Source: Candidatus Woesearchaeota archaeon
GTDB lineage: Archaea > Nanobdellota > Nanobdellia > Woesearchaeales > UBA9642
Assembly: GCA_041658255.1 (NCBI GenBank)
Contig: JBBAAQ010000001.1
Span: 100,368-164,367 of the forward strand
Length of the DNA stretch: 64,000 nt
Direction of reading: 5' to 3'
The position numbers were made by a program, and so were the translations under genes. The first letter of the stretch is position 1, and each line of letters begins with the position of its first letter. Of this stretch, positions 1-10,690 are shown piece by piece. The notes under the pieces are model-generated. The model was not told where the DNA came from and ran no database searches. It saw nothing but the letters and a program-made list of their open reading frames with translations.

Positions 1-198
1 GAGTTCAGCAGCAGTCTTTACGCCCTGCCCTCCACGTCCGATAAATTCGAGTTCAAAGAATCGTTCCATACTTCACCAAGATAAAATCATGAGGGAATAT
101 ATATAAAGTTTGTGGAAGAGTATAGGAGATATTTTGCATCACTCCAATCTCACTTGAAGTCTTGACGACATTTAAATAGTTCATATAGTTTACCAATA

Positions 199-1101
199 GT
201 GGTGATACTTATGACTTTTAAAGAACAACTCGAAAAATTGAAAGAAAATTGGCTGACTATTTCATTAGTCGTTATTGTGGTATTTACGATGTTCGTGTTC
301 ATGACTGGAAGCGGTCTACGGACTATAAGTCAATCGTATGGATCAGCAACTGATTCTTATAATCCATCGTACTTGAGTAAGGGAAGTACAGGATATTATC
401 CTGAGAATAATTATCTGAATTCTAATTCGAACCTCGCACCCAACATTCTCAATCGCATGATTATCAAGACCACATCGATGAATGTTGAGGTAAAAGATTA
501 TTATGGGAGTGAAGCAATGCTCAAAAACAGTGCATCAACACATGATGCAATCATCACTTCTGAAAATGTGAATGCAAACAATAAGTACCATTCAGGATAT
601 TATACTCTACGTGTACCCGTAGACCAATATGATGGATTAGTTGCAAAGTTAAAAACACTCGGAACAGTAAAATCATTCAATGAGAATGCAAATGATGTTA
701 CCGGATCCTATGTTAATCTTAAGGATGTTCTTATCATGGAAAAATCAAAACTTTCAAGTTATGAAGAACTCTATGATTCAACCGCAAACCTTAATGACAA
801 GATACAATTACTCGACCGGATCACGAGTCAGAAATCACTCATTAGTTCTCTGCAATATCAATTAGCAGATGAAAAGGAGCGAGTAGTTTATGCAACACTC
901 CAAGTTTCACTCTCAGAAAAGAGTCCTGCATACGCAAGTATTGTCTTTGCAACATTCGCAGATCTTTGGGCAGCATTTTTGAGCAGTTTGAATATATTCC
1001 TCTACATTGTGGCGTATGTATTACCATTTGTATTCGTCGGGTTAATCATCTTAGGTGTACGCAAATTCATGAAGCGGGAATCGAAGGGGAAAAAGAAATA
1101 A
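199..1101 (+). CDS. DUF4349-like membrane-anchored coiled-coil protein
   Basis: N-terminal TM, 'RMIIKT' and 'TLRVP..YD' segments, 'DVTGSYVNL' followed by coiled coil, C-terminal TM; typical DUF4349 layout. Confidence 0.75.
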   Translation: MVILMTFKEQLEKLKENWLTISLVVIVVFTMFVFMTGSGLRTISQSYGSATDSYNPSYLSKGSTGYYPENNYLNSNSNLAPNILNRMIIKTTSMNVEVKDYYGSEAMLKNSASTHDAIITSENVNANNKYHSGYYTLRVPVDQYDGLVAKLKTLGTVKSFNENANDVTGSYVNLKDVLIMEKSKLSSYEELYDSTANLNDKIQLLDRITSQKSLISSLQYQLADEKERVVYATLQVSLSEKSPAYASIVFATFADLWAAFLSSLNIFLYIVAYVLPFVFVGLIILGVRKFMKRESKGKKK

Positions 1102-1104
1102 TTC

Positions 1105-1119
1105 TTTTTTTTTTTTTTT
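1105..1119 (+). terminator. oligo-T tract, probable archaeal terminator
   Basis: 15 consecutive T directly after the stop codon at 1101, between convergent genes. Confidence 0.5.
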
Positions 1120-1166
1120 ATGGTATATGTTTGTGATACCATTATTTGTAATATGGCCGCGTAACG

Positions 1167-1559
1167 TCATAAGAATTTGTCTTTGATGAGCAGTGGAATG
1201 AGATGTTTTACGCCGTTAGAAACTTTTATTGTTTTTTTAAGAAAGTCTTTTCTAGAATACCATAAGATTTTAGTTATTTCTGCTTTAGACACGATAGTTC
1301 CAGTATATTGGGTAATGTAATAATAATTTTTTTGTTTACTATTACTGGTTTCATTTACTAATATCATAGATTCATAATGTTTCATAGATTTAAGTGCAAT
1401 GCCTAGTTCTGCAAATAACTCTCTTTTAAGACATGATTCATGAGTTTCATGATGTTCTATTTTGCCGCCTGGCGTCCAATAGAGTGTTTCATCGTATCCT
1501 GTAACAAGCAGAATTTGTTTGTTGCGTGTTATTATCGCGCCAATCCTGTCTGCAATCAT
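1167..1559 (-). CDS. NUDIX hydrolase
   Basis: Nudix box PGGKIEHHETHESCLKRELFAELG. Confidence 0.85.
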   Translation of the reverse strand: MIADRIGAIITRNKQILLVTGYDETLYWTPGGKIEHHETHESCLKRELFAELGIALKSMKHYESMILVNETSNSKQKNYYYITQYTGTIVSKAEITKILWYSRKDFLKKTIKVSNGVKHLIPLLIKDKFL

Positions 1560-1612
1560 GAATTATCTAATCTCTTTCTCTATATAAATCTAATCTTGAC
1601 TTAACCGAAACA

Positions 1613-2728
1613 TTATCTCACACTTTCGTATCCGCCTTTCAGTCCGTGTTTGGTATACACAATCTGCCAGAGTTGATTGATTCTTACACGAAATCCGCCA
1701 GCAAAACAACTCAGATAATAATTCCACATGCGATAGAATCGTTCATCATAATCTTTTTTAAGTTCTGGCCATGCTTGACGAAAATTTGCACGCCACGCCA
1801 TAAGTGTCTTACTATAATCCACTGCAAAATTATGCCAGTCCTCCATGATGAAGAGTCCATTGGAAGCTATTGCAACCTGCTCAACAGAGGGGAGTCTTCC
1901 GTCAGGGAAAATGTATTTATCAACCCAGGGATCGCCTGGACCAGTTGATGTCTTATTTGCGCCAATGGTGTGGAGGAGAAATATTCCATCATCTTTGAGA
2001 CAGCGATGTACAACCCCCATATATGTGCGATAATTCTTCCACCCAACATGTTCAATCATTCCGACAGAGACAATTTTGTCAAATTTCTCGTTTACCGTAC
2101 GATAATCCTGGACGCGAATGTCAATAGGTAATCCTGCGCATTTTTCTCGTGCAAGTTTGGCCTGTTCTTGTGAAACAGTAATTCCGACACCAGTAATACC
2201 ATATTTTTTTACAGCATATCGAAGGAGTGTTCCCCATCCGCAACCGATGTCGAGGAGCCGATCGCCCTTTTTGAGTTGAAGTTTTTTACAGATAAGATTG
2301 AGTTTATCTTCCTGCGCTTTGTCGAGTGTTTGGGCATTCTTCCAATACCCACAGCTATACTGCATATTTTTATCAAGCATTCGCGTATAGAGCGCGTTTC
2401 CGATATCATAATGTTTCTCTCCAATATTGTATGCATGGGTCTTTTGTCTGTTGAAGAGTTTCGCCTTAATATAGGGGAGTATAAGATGTTTAAATCCGAG
2501 TATTTTGCGATCAATATGTGCATCGAGGATTTTTTCAAAGAATTGGTCGAGTTCCTTACAATCCCACCACCCATCCATATAGGATTCTCCGAGTGCCAAG
2601 GATCCTCCGGAAAGTACACGCACATAAAGTCCATCATTATGAACCTGAATGTCCCACGGTCTTGAACCGTTTATCTGGACATCTGCCGTAGCAAGAAGTT
2701 TGGTTACGATTTCTTTTGCTTGAGCCAT
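1613..2728 (-). CDS. cfa: cyclopropane-fatty-acyl-phospholipid synthase
   Basis: LALGESYMDGWWDC, HYDIGN, MQYSCGYW, LDIGCGWG, SVGMIEHVG, YIFP and RFYRMWNYYL motifs of bacterial-type Cfa. Confidence 0.93.
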   Translation of the reverse strand: MAQAKEIVTKLLATADVQINGSRPWDIQVHNDGLYVRVLSGGSLALGESYMDGWWDCKELDQFFEKILDAHIDRKILGFKHLILPYIKAKLFNRQKTHAYNIGEKHYDIGNALYTRMLDKNMQYSCGYWKNAQTLDKAQEDKLNLICKKLQLKKGDRLLDIGCGWGTLLRYAVKKYGITGVGITVSQEQAKLAREKCAGLPIDIRVQDYRTVNEKFDKIVSVGMIEHVGWKNYRTYMGVVHRCLKDDGIFLLHTIGANKTSTGPGDPWVDKYIFPDGRLPSVEQVAIASNGLFIMEDWHNFAVDYSKTLMAWRANFRQAWPELKKDYDERFYRMWNYYLSCFAGGFRVRINQLWQIVYTKHGLKGGYESVR

Positions 2729-2817
2729 AGTTTTACATTATCCCGATGATTTTTATAGTTTATGGTTTTTATTTGGCGGTAGACACACTAGCGGATGAGA
2801 ACATTTTTAAGATATAG

Positions 2818-3186
2818 ATGTATTCTCTTCCTATGAAATTTACTGAATATTATCTTATCATTACAACTGTTCTTGAAAAACCAGGAATATCTTTTCCGGA
2901 ATTAGTTACTACTTTGTCCAATCAGCCTATTTTATCACTTCGTGAAACACACTTACGGAACAGGGAATTATTTCGTGGAGATATAGAGGCCACACTCGAA
3001 TCTTTTATTGCCGATCTCCCCTGCATTACTGAGGTAGGCGGGAAATACTGTTTTAACAAGGACAGTAAATTATTCTGCGACAATTTTGCATATAATCAAT
3101 TACTCAAAGAAGAAGTATCAGCATTTATCTGCGCCCAGACCGCACTCAAGAATGAACTGTTGCGTCGGCCTCTGGATGGTGATTGA
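2818..3186 (+). CDS. hypothetical protein
   Basis: 122-aa ORF abutting the truD start; no recognised motif. Confidence 0.55.
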   Translation: MYSLPMKFTEYYLIITTVLEKPGISFPELVTTLSNQPILSLRETHLRNRELFRGDIEATLESFIADLPCITEVGGKYCFNKDSKLFCDNFAYNQLLKEEVSAFICAQTALKNELLRRPLDGD

Positions 3187-4224
3187 ATGCTCCTCAAATC
3201 CCTTCCTGAAGATTTTATGGTTGAAGAATTGCCTGCATTCCAATTACTGGAATCAGGACCCTATGCGATCTATAGGTTGTGGAAGTGCAATTTCAATACT
3301 GAAGATGCCATTCAACTCGTCTGCAAGAGATTCAATATCCGCAGGAGTGATGTTAAATTTGCAGGCACAAAGGATCGTAATGCGATAACCACGCAATATA
3401 TTTCAATACACCGGAATAACCGTAAACTTGTTCTCGATGAAGAGAATATTAAACTCGGATATTGTGGGTTTGCAAATGAACCGATAAGTCTTGGATGTCT
3501 TGCAGGAAATACATTCGAATTAATCATCCGAGATATCGCTCCTGAAGAACGCATAATTTTTGAACAAAACATGCATGCATTATCTGACACTGATGCGTTC
3601 TATCTTCCTAACTACTTCGATGAACAGCGATTCTCAACAAATAATGTTGCTATCGGACTATGTATCCTGAAAAATGATTTTAAGGGCGCAATTGAACACA
3701 TCAAAAATTCTGCGCAAAAAGAGGGATATTATGAAAAAGAGGCAGTAGAACATCTTGCGCGTTTGCCAACTGATTATATTGGTGCATTAAAAAAGATCCC
3801 GCCAAAAATCTTACTCATGTATATCCATGCAGTGCAATCAAAAATATATAATGAATTATTACGACAATCAATTATTGAATTGGATGAACATGCGCGCGAT
3901 ATTCTCTATTCTCAAGGAATATTTGCATTCAGTCAGGATTATTTGGTATATACTCGTTTATGTGATCACTCATTACCGCTTCTCGGATTTTCGACACCTT
4001 CAACACCTGCATTGAAAAAACAAATCGATGCATTAAGTATTACTCCACGTAATTTTATCATCCGTGCAATCCCGGAACTCAGTTGTGAAGGGACTGAGCG
4101 AAATGCAATGATGCATGTCATAAATTTCACATCAGAAAAGATTGACGACACAACTCTAAAACTCTCATTCACCTTACTGAAGGGTTGTTATGCGACAATG
4201 GTTGTGAAAGGATTGTTCAATTGA
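3187..4224 (+). CDS. truD: tRNA pseudouridine(13) synthase
   Basis: PEDFMVEE, FAGTKDRNAITTQY (catalytic Asp), GNTF, PNYFDEQRF, HAVQS and F.L.KGCYAT motifs. Confidence 0.93.
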   Translation: MLLKSLPEDFMVEELPAFQLLESGPYAIYRLWKCNFNTEDAIQLVCKRFNIRRSDVKFAGTKDRNAITTQYISIHRNNRKLVLDEENIKLGYCGFANEPISLGCLAGNTFELIIRDIAPEERIIFEQNMHALSDTDAFYLPNYFDEQRFSTNNVAIGLCILKNDFKGAIEHIKNSAQKEGYYEKEAVEHLARLPTDYIGALKKIPPKILLMYIHAVQSKIYNELLRQSIIELDEHARDILYSQGIFAFSQDYLVYTRLCDHSLPLLGFSTPSTPALKKQIDALSITPRNFIIRAIPELSCEGTERNAMMHVINFTSEKIDDTTLKLSFTLLKGCYATMVVKGLFN

Positions 4225-4424
4225 AGGATTTGATTAATTTAGGACATGATAGTGAAGCATTAAAGAAAAAATTTGAAAAAACAAACTGGTATGTTTATGA
4301 AAAATTATTAGAAGTAGGAAAGATTTATTTGAAACAATAATGCCTGAATGTAATTATTTCTGTTATTTCTTTCTAGTGGTTAAAGAAAGAATAAATTTAT
4401 AAACTCTTATTCTTCTCTATTACT

Positions 4425-5036
4425 ATGGATATTTCAGATATGATGCGCATTGAAGAAAAACTCCGCAATGAAGCCGAGCAGTGGAGAAAGAATAGACAAT
4501 GCAGTAAAACTGTCGAACAGGATTTATTAGACTCTGCTATTGCTAAAGGATTTCTGCTTGTCGGATCACAGTATGAACTTGCCTCAGGAAAATTTCTTAT
4601 CAAAAAACAGAATGGCAGCAATGAAAATCGTATTACCGCGACCGATGATCCATTCGTAGCAAAAGTGAATGCACTTATCTGTAACTATAAGTCTGACACA
4701 AGTTATGGGGGAGTATTTGGACGTGATATCCGGAAAAAAAAGGTCGTCATTGGGCAACTGCAAGACTATACTATTGCGCCTCAAGGATATATTTATGTTG
4801 TAAAAAAAGATCAATTTAAAAATAATCCTCCAGGATCAAGAGAGTATATCTGTGATAAACCATCGTCCTTCGAGTGCAGTACTCCATTCAGTATTGAAGA
4901 ATTCATGTATCCTATTATTATGATCAAGAAACATAGGCCTGTAGCTTTGCACGACCCTGAAGGAGTGTACGGGCAAAAAATAATTTATACTGCAAATACC
5001 ATCACCAACAAACAATTTTTCTCATTCCATCGATAG
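4425..5036 (+). CDS. hypothetical protein
   Basis: 203-aa ORF preceded by a TTTATAAA box; no family recognised. Confidence 0.6.
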   Translation: MDISDMMRIEEKLRNEAEQWRKNRQCSKTVEQDLLDSAIAKGFLLVGSQYELASGKFLIKKQNGSNENRITATDDPFVAKVNALICNYKSDTSYGGVFGRDIRKKKVVIGQLQDYTIAPQGYIYVVKKDQFKNNPPGSREYICDKPSSFECSTPFSIEEFMYPIIMIKKHRPVALHDPEGVYGQKIIYTANTITNKQFFSFHR

Positions 5037-5225
5037 AAACATTTATATTTCTCTCTCTAATTTCGAGGAATTATAATTACTATTTCGGGTGTTGATCCCA
5101 TATTGGATTTCTTATCATTGTTGCGATATTTCTCATTTTATAGCAAATAACATTAATATTCGGATACTGTGATGTTATTTGCTAGATAGTAAATCGCTTT
5201 TAGATATATCCGAAAATTAAAGCGA

Positions 5226-5378
5226 TTTACTATAGATCTCAGAGTCTTCAATAAGAAGCAGCACGAGATATCGATTAAAGAAGCGCTTATCTGGACTGGC
5301 GTCTGGTTTGGGATGGCGATGCTCTTCAACCTCTTCATCTGGTTTGAATTTGGTAAAGACACGGGTTAACATTTCTTT
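5226..5378 (+). pseudogene. terC: TerC/Alx family membrane protein, N-terminal remnant
   Basis: Manual translation IDLRVFNKKQHEISIKEALIWTGVWFGMAMLFNLFIWFEFGKDTG* matches the TerC N-terminus; no start codon, stop at 5367-5369. Confidence 0.8.
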
Positions 5379-5480
5379 GTTATCATTATGGGGAAGCAAC
5401 AAAAACATAACATTTAAAAAGGAAAACACATTCCCTTCTTAGTGATAACAAGTTTAATAACTGTTTTATGGGGGATAAAA

Positions 5481-6335
5481 ATGGCAAAGGATATAAAAGA
5501 CGAATTATCAGATAAATTATCAGGAGCACTTAAGTTCGGAAAAAAAGCTTTCGCTATCGGCAAAGAAAAGCTTGTAGAGAAAACAGAAGAACTTAAAAAA
5601 AAGTATGATAGTAGCGTTTCGATACAGACCACTGTTGGTGCAGTAAAAGGCGCGGCAGATTCATTCAAAAAAACTGTTAAAACAAAAATTGATTATAAAA
5701 TTTCTGATCTCCAAACCAAAGCAGATGGCGGCGATGAATTTGCAAAATCTATTCTTGACGTTAAAAACGCTGTTAGTGAACAATATACTACGATCAAAAG
5801 TTACTGTGCTACATTATTTAAGACAGGAGAAAAAAATCCCGTCAATGAATTTATGCCGGGATATGCGACACTCATGCAGATCATTGATGCAGAGACTGCA
5901 ACAGAAGGCAAGAAGCAATATCAACGCGACTTTAATGCAACAACCAGAATTTCTGTTGATAAAGGTGAGCGAAAAGTATTAGTAAAGAGCCATCCTTTTA
6001 TCTCTATTGAATCAAGAAAACCTGAAGAAAAACTTGAGACAAAATGCACTATTGCATTCAATTATGATGTAGGATCAGGAGTTCAATATAACAAAATCAT
6101 CGCTGACATTGCAAAGAATGCAGTTGATTTTGTGCAAAAAGAGATTATCCCAGCGCAAACAGGATCCTATAATGGCAAGAGCGCAATGATTGCTAATGCC
6201 GGAGATTCAGCTATTGAATATGTCATTGAAGCAGCATTCAATAATAATGCGTTGAAACTCTCCTATATACCGAACAATAAGTTCAGTCCTGAAGTTGTTA
6301 TCACACAGACAATACTTTCGGACGAGAAAAAATAA
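5481..6335 (+). CDS. island gene 1, hypothetical protein with Lys-rich amphipathic N-terminus
   Basis: ATG 5481 after a GGGGGA RBS-like motif; first ORF of a co-oriented cluster. Confidence 0.7.
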   Translation: MAKDIKDELSDKLSGALKFGKKAFAIGKEKLVEKTEELKKKYDSSVSIQTTVGAVKGAADSFKKTVKTKIDYKISDLQTKADGGDEFAKSILDVKNAVSEQYTTIKSYCATLFKTGEKNPVNEFMPGYATLMQIIDAETATEGKKQYQRDFNATTRISVDKGERKVLVKSHPFISIESRKPEEKLETKCTIAFNYDVGSGVQYNKIIADIAKNAVDFVQKEIIPAQTGSYNGKSAMIANAGDSAIEYVIEAAFNNNALKLSYIPNNKFSPEVVITQTILSDEKK

Positions 6336-6487
6336 GCTTAGAGAAAACACACACGTAGAGTCACTCTTTATATAGCGCATATATCTCTATGTATATAGGA
6401 TATCGCGCTATAGAAATCGGCAGGGATACACACAACCCTGTTTTTAAAACACACAGTGAAATAAACAAAAAAACACAAGGTGAAAAA

Positions 6488-7768
6488 ATGGGAAATGAAA
6501 CTGATGATACTACAGAAAATAAAAATGCATTAGTAGGAACAAAACATCAAGAGAATTCTCTTGCACTAAACGTACTGAATTATTCAAATGTCAGCGCGCA
6601 ACGAGCAAAGGATGAAAATGACATTGAATCATTAGGCAAAGCACTAGATGTCGAGGTCAAGGAAGCAAGTAAATCGGCGTATGGCGGCCAGAATGGTCTT
6701 ATTATTATCGGACAGGGAATACGGCATTGGAATCTTCCCATGATAAAAAATGGACTCAAAAAGATAACAGGCCGGCGAATCAGCCTTTCAGATATTCTCA
6801 AAGCGCAATATGAAGGATTTTGCGATTCCCGGGACAGGATCAATGATCGTGTTTCAGAAAGCAAGCAATCAGTTGCCGGTCTTCATGCAAACTTAGTCGA
6901 TAATGCAAAACACCGCGTGCGGCTTGGTGAAGAACTTAAAGCACATTATAGTAATATTACTAAATATAATGATAAGATTTTTGCATTAGAAAAATCAAAG
7001 AATGAGTTGAATCCAAACGCAGAGAATTATACCACTCTTGTCGCAAATGCCGATTTGAGTCTCGCACAAAAAAGACAGGAACTGATGAATGAGACCACTA
7101 ACTATAATATTAAATCAGGACAATCCAAGATAGAGAAAGAGACCTATGATCTTTTTACTATTCTTGCAAAAGAAGCAGAGGCAGGACTCCCGCATTTGAT
7201 CATTCTTCATGAGACAGTCAAGGGTCGTGTTAATCAGGCTGATGCAGTCATCCAATATCAGTCAAAAGCGATCACTACTGCTGAAACGGTTATGGACGCA
7301 GTCAAGACATATGGAGAGATCAAAGCAACACTTGAATATTCGAATAATGCTCTTGCCTTATTCAATGAAAACTTCAGTACCATCACCGGGTATATCGCAA
7401 ATACACCTCTTATTGATGAGAAGAGTCTTGCAAATCGTGTGAATAGTATAAGAATATTGAATGAGGATACGAATAGATATCAGTCGCAATTAGCATCGGT
7501 AAATGGAAATCATGAATTTGGAGAAATGAACCTTGCTGATTGTTATTCCTTTTTGGGTTGCGAGATTACTGCAAAACCAAAAGAGATTGACGAAGCGCGC
7601 AAAAACATGCTTCTCAACAAAGGATTGCATCCGGATATGAAAAACGCCGATTTAAGCGTTGAAGAACAGAGTAAATTGACGAGAAAGGTCGAATATTGTG
7701 CAAACGTTACATCGACATTTGCACAAATGGGGGATAACCCGACACTCCGAAAATTAATTGGTCAATAA
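6488..7768 (+). CDS. island gene 2, coiled-coil protein with C-terminal DnaJ-type J-domain
   Basis: ATG 6488 after AAGGTGA; long helical/coiled-coil body; C-terminal DCYSFLGC..AKPKEIDEARK..LHPD with HPD at 7628-7636. Confidence 0.7.
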   Translation: MGNETDDTTENKNALVGTKHQENSLALNVLNYSNVSAQRAKDENDIESLGKALDVEVKEASKSAYGGQNGLIIIGQGIRHWNLPMIKNGLKKITGRRISLSDILKAQYEGFCDSRDRINDRVSESKQSVAGLHANLVDNAKHRVRLGEELKAHYSNITKYNDKIFALEKSKNELNPNAENYTTLVANADLSLAQKRQELMNETTNYNIKSGQSKIEKETYDLFTILAKEAEAGLPHLIILHETVKGRVNQADAVIQYQSKAITTAETVMDAVKTYGEIKATLEYSNNALALFNENFSTITGYIANTPLIDEKSLANRVNSIRILNEDTNRYQSQLASVNGNHEFGEMNLADCYSFLGCEITAKPKEIDEARKNMLLNKGLHPDMKNADLSVEEQSKLTRKVEYCANVTSTFAQMGDNPTLRKLIGQ

Positions 7769-7812
7769 AATAGTGAGCGACCATATGGTGAATACGCGGG
7801 TCGGTGAGAAAC

Positions 7813-8916
7813 ATGGTTGCGCCAACTATTTTGAACTTTAATCGTGCTGCAAAACAGCACTATATTGATCAACTGACGCAATCCATGGATAAGCTTTCTT
7901 CGGAACTCTATAAATCAAACGTGGTCCGCACCAATGTTGCTTCCTATTACGAGACCTATACGAATATCATCAAGATTTATGGCATTGAGGCATATGCAGA
8001 AAATATTTCTGATCTTTGCGTGAGCAACATATCAGGATTTCCGATGTATTCGCGTATTATTGAACTCGTGAATACGCAAAAAAAATCCTTTGCAAATATG
8101 GTGCAGCTGAGAAAAGAGGAAGACATTTCGCGCGACGCCATTGAATCGCTTTATACGAACAACCAGTCCGCATTTGAAGTCTTTATATCTGAATACTGCC
8201 GAAAAAATTATTTAAGCAAACTTTCTGAATTAGTCGCTTTTAAGGACATTACTAAACTTGTTGAAGAGAAGAACACTGATGAAAGAATGGTGCGATATTC
8301 ATTTGATTATGCAGCATATCCGCTTTCAGAAATGTCCTGCGTCACTGTTTCTCTGGATGCTTCAATGATCAAGTCGATCAAACCATTCGCTTCTAAACCA
8401 AAACTTCCGCTAGATAAGATAAAGAAGTATGCAACTGAAGATGTGCGTACACTGTATGAAATACTCAAAGATCATAAGGCATATCCTGCGGTGATAGAGA
8501 AAACTCAGCCTTTCTTTAATTTTTATGGCAGGGACATCAAGGACCCGCTTATCCGCAAGATTATCTTTGATCATCCTCAATCTACAATCCTTCAATTGAA
8601 ATTTTCGAAGATTGAAAATATTGATGTGCTCCTTGCAGAAAACATCTTTCAACTGAAACGTTCTATTGATGAAATCCCTGTCTGGAGCACTAATTCCATC
8701 TATGTGTGTCCTCTTGAGATCAAAGATTTACTTGAAGATGGACTTATGGAACAATTTGAACAAGGGACCCGGGGACGTCCTGAACCTTTTAAGATCATCA
8801 CTTACAAAAAAGCATTCGGACCGAATGCAGCAGTGCAGGAATCAGACGGGAAAGAGCTCGATGTAAAAGAACCAGGCAACACAATTCATAAAATAATATT
8901 AGGAGGGGGACCATGA
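7813..8916 (+). CDS. island gene 3, hypothetical protein
   Basis: ATG after GGTGA; stop overlaps next start (ATGA). Confidence 0.7.
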   Translation: MVAPTILNFNRAAKQHYIDQLTQSMDKLSSELYKSNVVRTNVASYYETYTNIIKIYGIEAYAENISDLCVSNISGFPMYSRIIELVNTQKKSFANMVQLRKEEDISRDAIESLYTNNQSAFEVFISEYCRKNYLSKLSELVAFKDITKLVEEKNTDERMVRYSFDYAAYPLSEMSCVTVSLDASMIKSIKPFASKPKLPLDKIKKYATEDVRTLYEILKDHKAYPAVIEKTQPFFNFYGRDIKDPLIRKIIFDHPQSTILQLKFSKIENIDVLLAENIFQLKRSIDEIPVWSTNSIYVCPLEIKDLLEDGLMEQFEQGTRGRPEPFKIITYKKAFGPNAAVQESDGKELDVKEPGNTIHKIILGGGP

Positions 8917-9179
8917 ATAAGAAAGAATTATCGGACACTGTACTCATCGATGATAGAACCTTAAAAAATATTGTGGGAAAACTTGTTTTTGGGTATATCG
9001 CATATCAAATCGGATCGGTCTTAGGGGATTATTGTGCAGTTGTTGGGGCATATGTCGGTCTACGCGCGAATTATTACAAAATGCCTACGGATCAATTATT
9101 TACGATGACATTTCGTACCTATGACGAGGAAAAAAAACACGATGAAGAGCGAGAACAACAGAAGAAGAATGCGCCGTGA
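8913..9179 (+). CDS. island gene 4, small membrane protein
   Basis: GGAGGGGG RBS, ATGA overlap, Gly-rich hydrophobic hairpin VGKLVFGYIAYQIGSVLGDYCAVVGAYVGL. Confidence 0.7.
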   Translation: MNKKELSDTVLIDDRTLKNIVGKLVFGYIAYQIGSVLGDYCAVVGAYVGLRANYYKMPTDQLFTMTFRTYDEEKKHDEEREQQKKNAP

Positions 9180-9292
9180 ACAAAGGAGCATCGTGTTCAG
9201 TTTTGAACGATGCATCATCGGCATAACAATGCAGATCAGATAAAACGCAAAAACATACTACTTACTATCGGCTTAATATCGGAGAAAAACAG

Positions 9293-10690
9293 ATGACCAT
9301 ACAATCATTTATTATCGATGGAGAAAAGGCGGATCAGTATCGCGCATTCACTCAATCTATTGATAGATTCGTGGGCGAAGGTGCTGATGGTTCGTCCGCT
9401 GTTCAAATTGATCGCAGAGGTGTTGAATTGCTGCCTTTGAAACGCCACGGATTTAGAAGCCAACTCTTCTCCAAATATTTTGTTATCGCCGATCACGCGC
9501 AAATTGAATATACTGCTGAAATCCTCAAAAACCTTCATGATGACGAGTTTTTGAAGGGTCCATCGCTTATTGACGAATTGATGGTGAGTGTATACCAGAA
9601 GAATAAAGAACTTATCGATCATTTGCTTAAAGACCAGATTATTATCGGCAATGTTCAGGTGTGGGGCATGTTTGATAGTGATAAAAAGAAGTTCAGGAAC
9701 ATTTTCGATACTATTGAATTTGATCAGATTGCGCTTCGGCATGATACTGCGTATCGTGATGTTATCGGAAAACCCACTTCATGGGTAATAGAATACAGTA
9801 TTGATACGCCCAAAAAGGATATTTCCCGCCTTCGGGAAATCTCTGCAAAAATTTATGAACTTGCGATGCATCACGAGCGCATTCTGGATAAAGATTCATT
9901 GTATGCATTGTATGAGGAATATATCCCGTTCTTTAGATCATATGGCGATATCCGGACATATCACTTAGAAAATACAGAAATGCAGGTATCTTCTCCTGCA
10001 TTTTTCAAGTATGTCACGTCCGATGCGACATATTTTGCATGGAGCGGAAAGAATGGCTCGCTCATCATTAATACCGGTACGGAACTGATCAAAAATCCAT
10101 CTATCCAGACGACAACAAATGCGAAAAAAATATTGCGTTTTTTGCAGGAAAATGATTATACGAGGATAGATAAAAAAGAATTAGAATCAGTGCTCAGAAA
10201 TATCGAGAATGATTATATCATCCAGCATGCACCAAGCATCATCGATTCTGCGAATTCAACCGAGGAAGATATAAAATTTATTCAAAAGATTGCGTCTGAA
10301 ACTCCTGACACTGCTCTTGAGCGTATGCGGTTTCTGAATAAATATATGTACACGTTTTCCCATGCTGATGATAACCTTCGATTCTGGAATAGTCTGAGTT
10401 CACTGCGCAAGACAGGAGACACGTCTTTTTTGACTGCAGAAACAGTCGTGATGTTCACTAAAAATGCGACTGATTCTTTGCTTGTTGATGAATTTTTAGA
10501 TTCACTCGGTCTCACTGATTATTATCTACTCCAGAAAACAGATCTGGAAAAATTCAAGAGACGGTATCTGAGGCTGTCCCACGAGGATCGCGCTTCTGTA
10601 GCAGTAAACTTTCATATCATGATGGATAAGGGGAATGATATTTCTCCGGCTACACGTGAATTTATGACAAAAGAAGGGTGGTTTCAATGA
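9293..10690 (+). CDS. island gene 5, hypothetical protein
   Basis: 465-aa ORF, GGAG RBS, ATGA overlap with next gene. Confidence 0.7.
   Translation: MTIQSFIIDGEKADQYRAFTQSIDRFVGEGADGSSAVQIDRRGVELLPLKRHGFRSQLFSKYFVIADHAQIEYTAEILKNLHDDEFLKGPSLIDELMVSVYQKNKELIDHLLKDQIIIGNVQVWGMFDSDKKKFRNIFDTIEFDQIALRHDTAYRDVIGKPTSWVIEYSIDTPKKDISRLREISAKIYELAMHHERILDKDSLYALYEEYIPFFRSYGDIRTYHLENTEMQVSSPAFFKYVTSDATYFAWSGKNGSLIINTGTELIKNPSIQTTTNAKKILRFLQENDYTRIDKKELESVLRNIENDYIIQHAPSIIDSANSTEEDIKFIQKIASETPDTALERMRFLNKYMYTFSHADDNLRFWNSLSSLRKTGDTSFLTAETVVMFTKNATDSLLVDEFLDSLGLTDYYLLQKTDLEKFKRRYLRLSHEDRASVAVNFHIMMDKGNDISPATREFMTKEGWFQ

Noticed and set aside
1-70. start of a minus-strand gene (MERFFELEFIGRGGQG..), resembling a 2-oxoacid:ferredoxin oxidoreductase gamma subunit
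   Set aside because: Only ~23 codons lie inside the window; too little to list as a feature
4221-4340. short frame LKDLINLGH..YLKQ* after truD
   Set aside because: May be a gene 3' remnant but too short to assign
5153-5429. two short minus-strand ORFs
   Set aside because: Antisense shadows of the terC N-terminal remnant
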